Part shown: positions 32,361 through 34,891 of the stretch, piece after piece
Numbering within the stretch: the stretch's first letter is position 1
Layout: every line of letters begins with the position of its first letter
Origin: an uncultured Prevotellaceae bacterium
Lineage (GTDB): Bacteria > Bacteroidota > Bacteroidia > Bacteroidales > Bacteroidaceae
DNA length: 34,891 nt
NCBI GenBank assembly: GCA_946415695.1
Contig: CAMKTM010000001.1
Coordinates: forward strand, 1 to 34,891
Direction: 5' to 3'
Program-made: the position numbers and the translations under genes
Notes under the pieces: generated by a model
Told to the model about the DNA's origin: nothing
Database searches by the model: none
Seen by the model: only the letters and a program-made list of their open reading frames with translations

Positions 32361-33524
32361 TTAAGCTTTCTTGCCTTTGAGCCAGAAGCCGAGCAGGTAG
32401 AGGATGCCGACTGTCATGACAAGGACGGCACCGACCTGACCCATCGCATCGCTGGCAAAGCCCATCAGAAGCGGGAAGATGGTGCCGCCGAAGATGCCCA
32501 TGATGAGCAACCCGCTGACTTCGTTCTTCTTCTCGGGCACTGCCTGCATGGCACGGGCAAAGATGATGCTGAAGGGGTTGCCGTTGCCGTAACCCATCAG
32601 CGCCACACTGGCATAGATGACGGTTGTGCTCTCTCCAAAGATGAGGCCGACAACGGCTGCCACCATCATCAGGACGCTCAGAAGCAGGAAGGTCCAGTCC
32701 TTCAGGTAACTCATAATGAAGCTGCCGCTGAAGCTGCCTACTGCCTTGCCCACAAAGTAGATGGTGCAGACGATGGCAGCGTCATCGAGCAACATGCCTG
32801 TGCGCTCCATCAGTATCTTCGGAGCCGTCACGCTTGTCCCGACATCAATGCCTACATGGCAAATGATGGCAAGAAAGCAGAAGAGGATGAACGGGACTTT
32901 GAGCAAAGCAAAGGCACCGGCGAACTGCTCGCCGACAGGCTTCTGTTCTTGCTGGGCCGGCTTCTCGTTGATGCGGGTGCCGAAGAGCAGCAAGGTGGCC
33001 AGCACGCCTATACATAAATATATAGGATAAAGCACGCGCCAGCCTAAGTCGAAAGACCCGAAAGTTCCAACCTTTGCACCCCAAGAGGCGATGATGGGAG
33101 CCAGGAACGATGCGATGCTCTTGATGAACTGCCCGAAGGTAAGGGTGCTGGCCGAAGCACCGCCTTTCATCACACTATCGACAAGCGGATTGAGCGAAGT
33201 CTGAAGGATGGCGTTGCCTATGCCCAAAAGGGAGAAGGACAGGAGCAGCATCGTGAAGTCGAGGGTAAACACGGGAATCAACATTGCCGCAAGTGTCATC
33301 AACAGACTCAGCAACACAGTGTTCTTGCGGCCTATCTTGTTCATCAGCAGACTTGTGGGGATGCTGAAGATGAGGAACCAAAGGAACACAAGCGAGGGGA
33401 GCGTGTTGGCCATCGAGTCGGAGAGGCTAAGGTCGGCCTTTACATAATTGCTGGCTATGCCTACCATGTCCACGAAGCCCATCGTGAAGAAGCATAGCAT
33501 GACGGGGAAAAGCTTCTTGTTCAT
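32361..33524 (-). CDS. MFS sugar transporter
   Basis: A 387-aa protein with about 12 hydrophobic helices. The loop MNKIGRKNT after TM2 resembles the MFS signature. It is co-oriented with the upstream ROK kinase gene. Confidence 0.8.
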   Translation of the reverse strand: MNKKLFPVMLCFFTMGFVDMVGIASNYVKADLSLSDSMANTLPSLVFLWFLIFSIPTSLLMNKIGRKNTVLLSLLMTLAAMLIPVFTLDFTMLLLSFSLLGIGNAILQTSLNPLVDSVMKGGASASTLTFGQFIKSIASFLAPIIASWGAKVGTFGSFDLGWRVLYPIYLCIGVLATLLLFGTRINEKPAQQEQKPVGEQFAGAFALLKVPFILFCFLAIICHVGIDVGTSVTAPKILMERTGMLLDDAAIVCTIYFVGKAVGSFSGSFIMSYLKDWTFLLLSVLMMVAAVVGLIFGESTTVIYASVALMGYGNGNPFSIIFARAMQAVPEKKNEVSGLLIMGIFGGTIFPLLMGFASDAMGQVGAVLVMTVGILYLLGFWLKGKKA

Positions 33525-33532
33525 AATTCAGA

Positions 33533-33629
33533 CCCCCCGACCCCCTTTAGGGGGAGATTATGGTCGGAGGGATTTTTGTTAAGGGTTATACTTATGTTTC
33601 TTTCCCTCCCCCTAAAGGGGGTTGGGGGG
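33533..33629. repeat. pair of GC-rich palindromic (REP-like) hairpins in the ROK-MFS intergenic spacer
   Basis: ccccc-ttta-ggggg (33541-33554) is nested in ccgacc...ggtcgg (33537-33567). A second hairpin, ccccc-taaa-ggggg (33608-33621), lies within ccctccccctaaagggggttgggggg. Confidence 0.85.
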
Positions 33630-34724
33630 TCATTGTCCCAACTGATTAAGTGCAAAGTTGTAGGCTCCCAGGTTGATGGCTTTGCTTGCTCCGAGTTCAG
33701 ATACCAGGACTGCCACCTTTCGCTGAGCGCAGTAGAGCACCTTCTTGTCGGTGTGAGGCACATCGACGAAGACATCCTTGTCCTCGAGGAATGCCGCACG
33801 CTGCTCGGGGTCTTCGAAGTTATAGACTTCCGATTGGAGTGTTGGGAGCAGATTGCCAGTGAAGGTTCCTGCGGGACGGGCGAACTCTTCCATCATGCCA
33901 GGCAGAATCCATTTGGCGTTGCCGGTCAGGCCGCCGCCGATGACGACGATGCCATCGACAATGTTGAGCACATTCACCAGGGCGGCTGCCGTGACTTGGC
34001 CTAACTGCCGGAAGCTTTCCTGGGCTGCTTTCCTGTTGCCGGGACGAACTCCGTTGGCAATGTCGCCGATGTCCTTGGGCGTGAGGTCGCCAATCTCTTC
34101 ATGCGACATCTCGGCATACACGCGGCGGACGGCGCGGATGCTGACGCTCTCCTCGGCAATGACGAAGGGATACATGCCATTGCGCATGCACCAGACGTCG
34201 CCGCCGCAGTCGTTGTCGCCAGTCAGCAACACCTTGTCGATCACCACGCCGCAACCGAAGCCGGTGCCGAGGGTGATGCCTATCATGTTCTTGTAACGCC
34301 GCTTGCAGCCTGCTTCCTCCAATGCCTTGTTGACGCGGGGAAGCGCTCCGGCCAATGCCTCGCCGTATGCGAAGAGGTTGCCGTCGTTGTTCACGAACAC
34401 AGGAATCTTGAAGACGCTTTCCAGATAGGGGCCGAGAGCCACACCGCCGCGGAAGGAGGGGAAGTTGGGCAGGTCGCCAATCACGCCTCGGGCATAGTCG
34501 GCAGGGCCGGGGAATGCAAAACTGATGGCTACAGGCTCGGTGTCAAGCATCTCCTTTACGGTGGTAAATCCTTGCACGAGCGTGGCCAGACACCCTTCTG
34601 TGTCGGTCGTTACGGCCTTCAGTCGTACGGGTTCCACTATCTCCTCGTTGTCACAAATGGCTGAGAACACAAAGTTTGTGCCGCCTGCATCAAGCGTCAG
34701 CACGATTTTCTTGTTTTTACTCAT
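33630..34724 (-). CDS. ROK-family sugar kinase (glucokinase-like)
   Basis: The N-terminal ATP-binding block is LTLDAGGTNFVFSA. The central block GITLGTGFGCGVVID is also present. Length is 364 aa. Confidence 0.7.
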   Translation of the reverse strand: MSKNKKIVLTLDAGGTNFVFSAICDNEEIVEPVRLKAVTTDTEGCLATLVQGFTTVKEMLDTEPVAISFAFPGPADYARGVIGDLPNFPSFRGGVALGPYLESVFKIPVFVNNDGNLFAYGEALAGALPRVNKALEEAGCKRRYKNMIGITLGTGFGCGVVIDKVLLTGDNDCGGDVWCMRNGMYPFVIAEESVSIRAVRRVYAEMSHEEIGDLTPKDIGDIANGVRPGNRKAAQESFRQLGQVTAAALVNVLNIVDGIVVIGGGLTGNAKWILPGMMEEFARPAGTFTGNLLPTLQSEVYNFEDPEQRAAFLEDKDVFVDVPHTDKKVLYCAQRKVAVLVSELGASKAINLGAYNFALNQLGQ

Positions 34725-34761
34725 AATAGTTTGGTTTTATAGTTTTTGTTATGACGTGATA

Positions 34762-34891
34762 TCGTTATACCGTTATTTCGTTATGACGACAAATTTATGG
34801 AGGCTTCAAGTTCTTACCGAGGCCTTGATAAATTTTTCGTTATACCGTTATTTCGTTATGACGACAAATTTATGGAGGCTTCAAGTTCTTA
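34762..34891. repeat. exact 55-nt direct repeat with a 75-nt period (second copy cut by the window end)
   Basis: tcgttataccgttatttcgttatgacgacaaatttatggaggcttcaagttctta occurs at 34762-34816 and again at 34837-34891. Confidence 0.95.
34790..34797 (-). promoter_or_regulatory. candidate -7 box (TAAATTTG on the minus strand) for the ROK-MFS operon, duplicated at 34865-34872
   Basis: Plus-strand caaattta lies 66 nt upstream of the ATG at 34724. An identical box sits inside the second repeat copy. Confidence 0.45.

Noticed and set aside
1-34891. Search for rRNA, tRNA, transposase/integrase, prophage or defence-system genes (nucleases, ATPases, TIR, restriction-modification).
   Set aside because: No cloverleaf-like or rRNA-like segment and no such protein signatures appear in any frame. 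The window looks like core chromosome whose unusual content is repeats plus the VTC-like operon.

Overview
This window reads as an ordinary chromosomal segment of a Bacteroidota genome, plausibly Prevotella/Segatella-like. That placement is an inference from T9SS C-terminal sorting domains, TAnnTTTG -7 promoter boxes, the lack of Shine-Dalgarno sequences and the glycoside-hydrolase content; no database search was possible. I can support 27 protein genes. They are: a polyferredoxin plus a Tat-exported Fe-S aldo/keto reductase; a 1181-aa three-module GLUG-type T9SS surface protein followed by an untracked 56-aa ORF; a GH92-GH125-transglutaminase-like lipoprotein cluster; a Wzx-like flippase; GH3 beta-glucosidase; xth; rhaD; ccsB/ccsA plus a porin; rfbA; a five-gene VTC/DUF4956/OM-barrel/T9SS/beta-helix operon; frr; rsgA; argB; an ECF sigma/anti-sigma pair; and a ROK kinase plus MFS transporter. 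I saw no rRNA, tRNA, CRISPR array, transposase or integrase.

The best candidate for an undescribed system is the envelope-spanning VTC-like operon at 23964-28148. The second notable layer is non-coding. Almost every intergenic spacer, and several CDS interiors or termini, is built from 7-8-nt tandem tracts, long perfect inverted repeats and GC-rich palindromes belonging to a few recurring families. These include in-frame invasions of rsgA, the transglutaminase-like gene, the adhesin and a signal peptide. All family assignments rest on motifs read directly from the translations and carry no alignment statistics.
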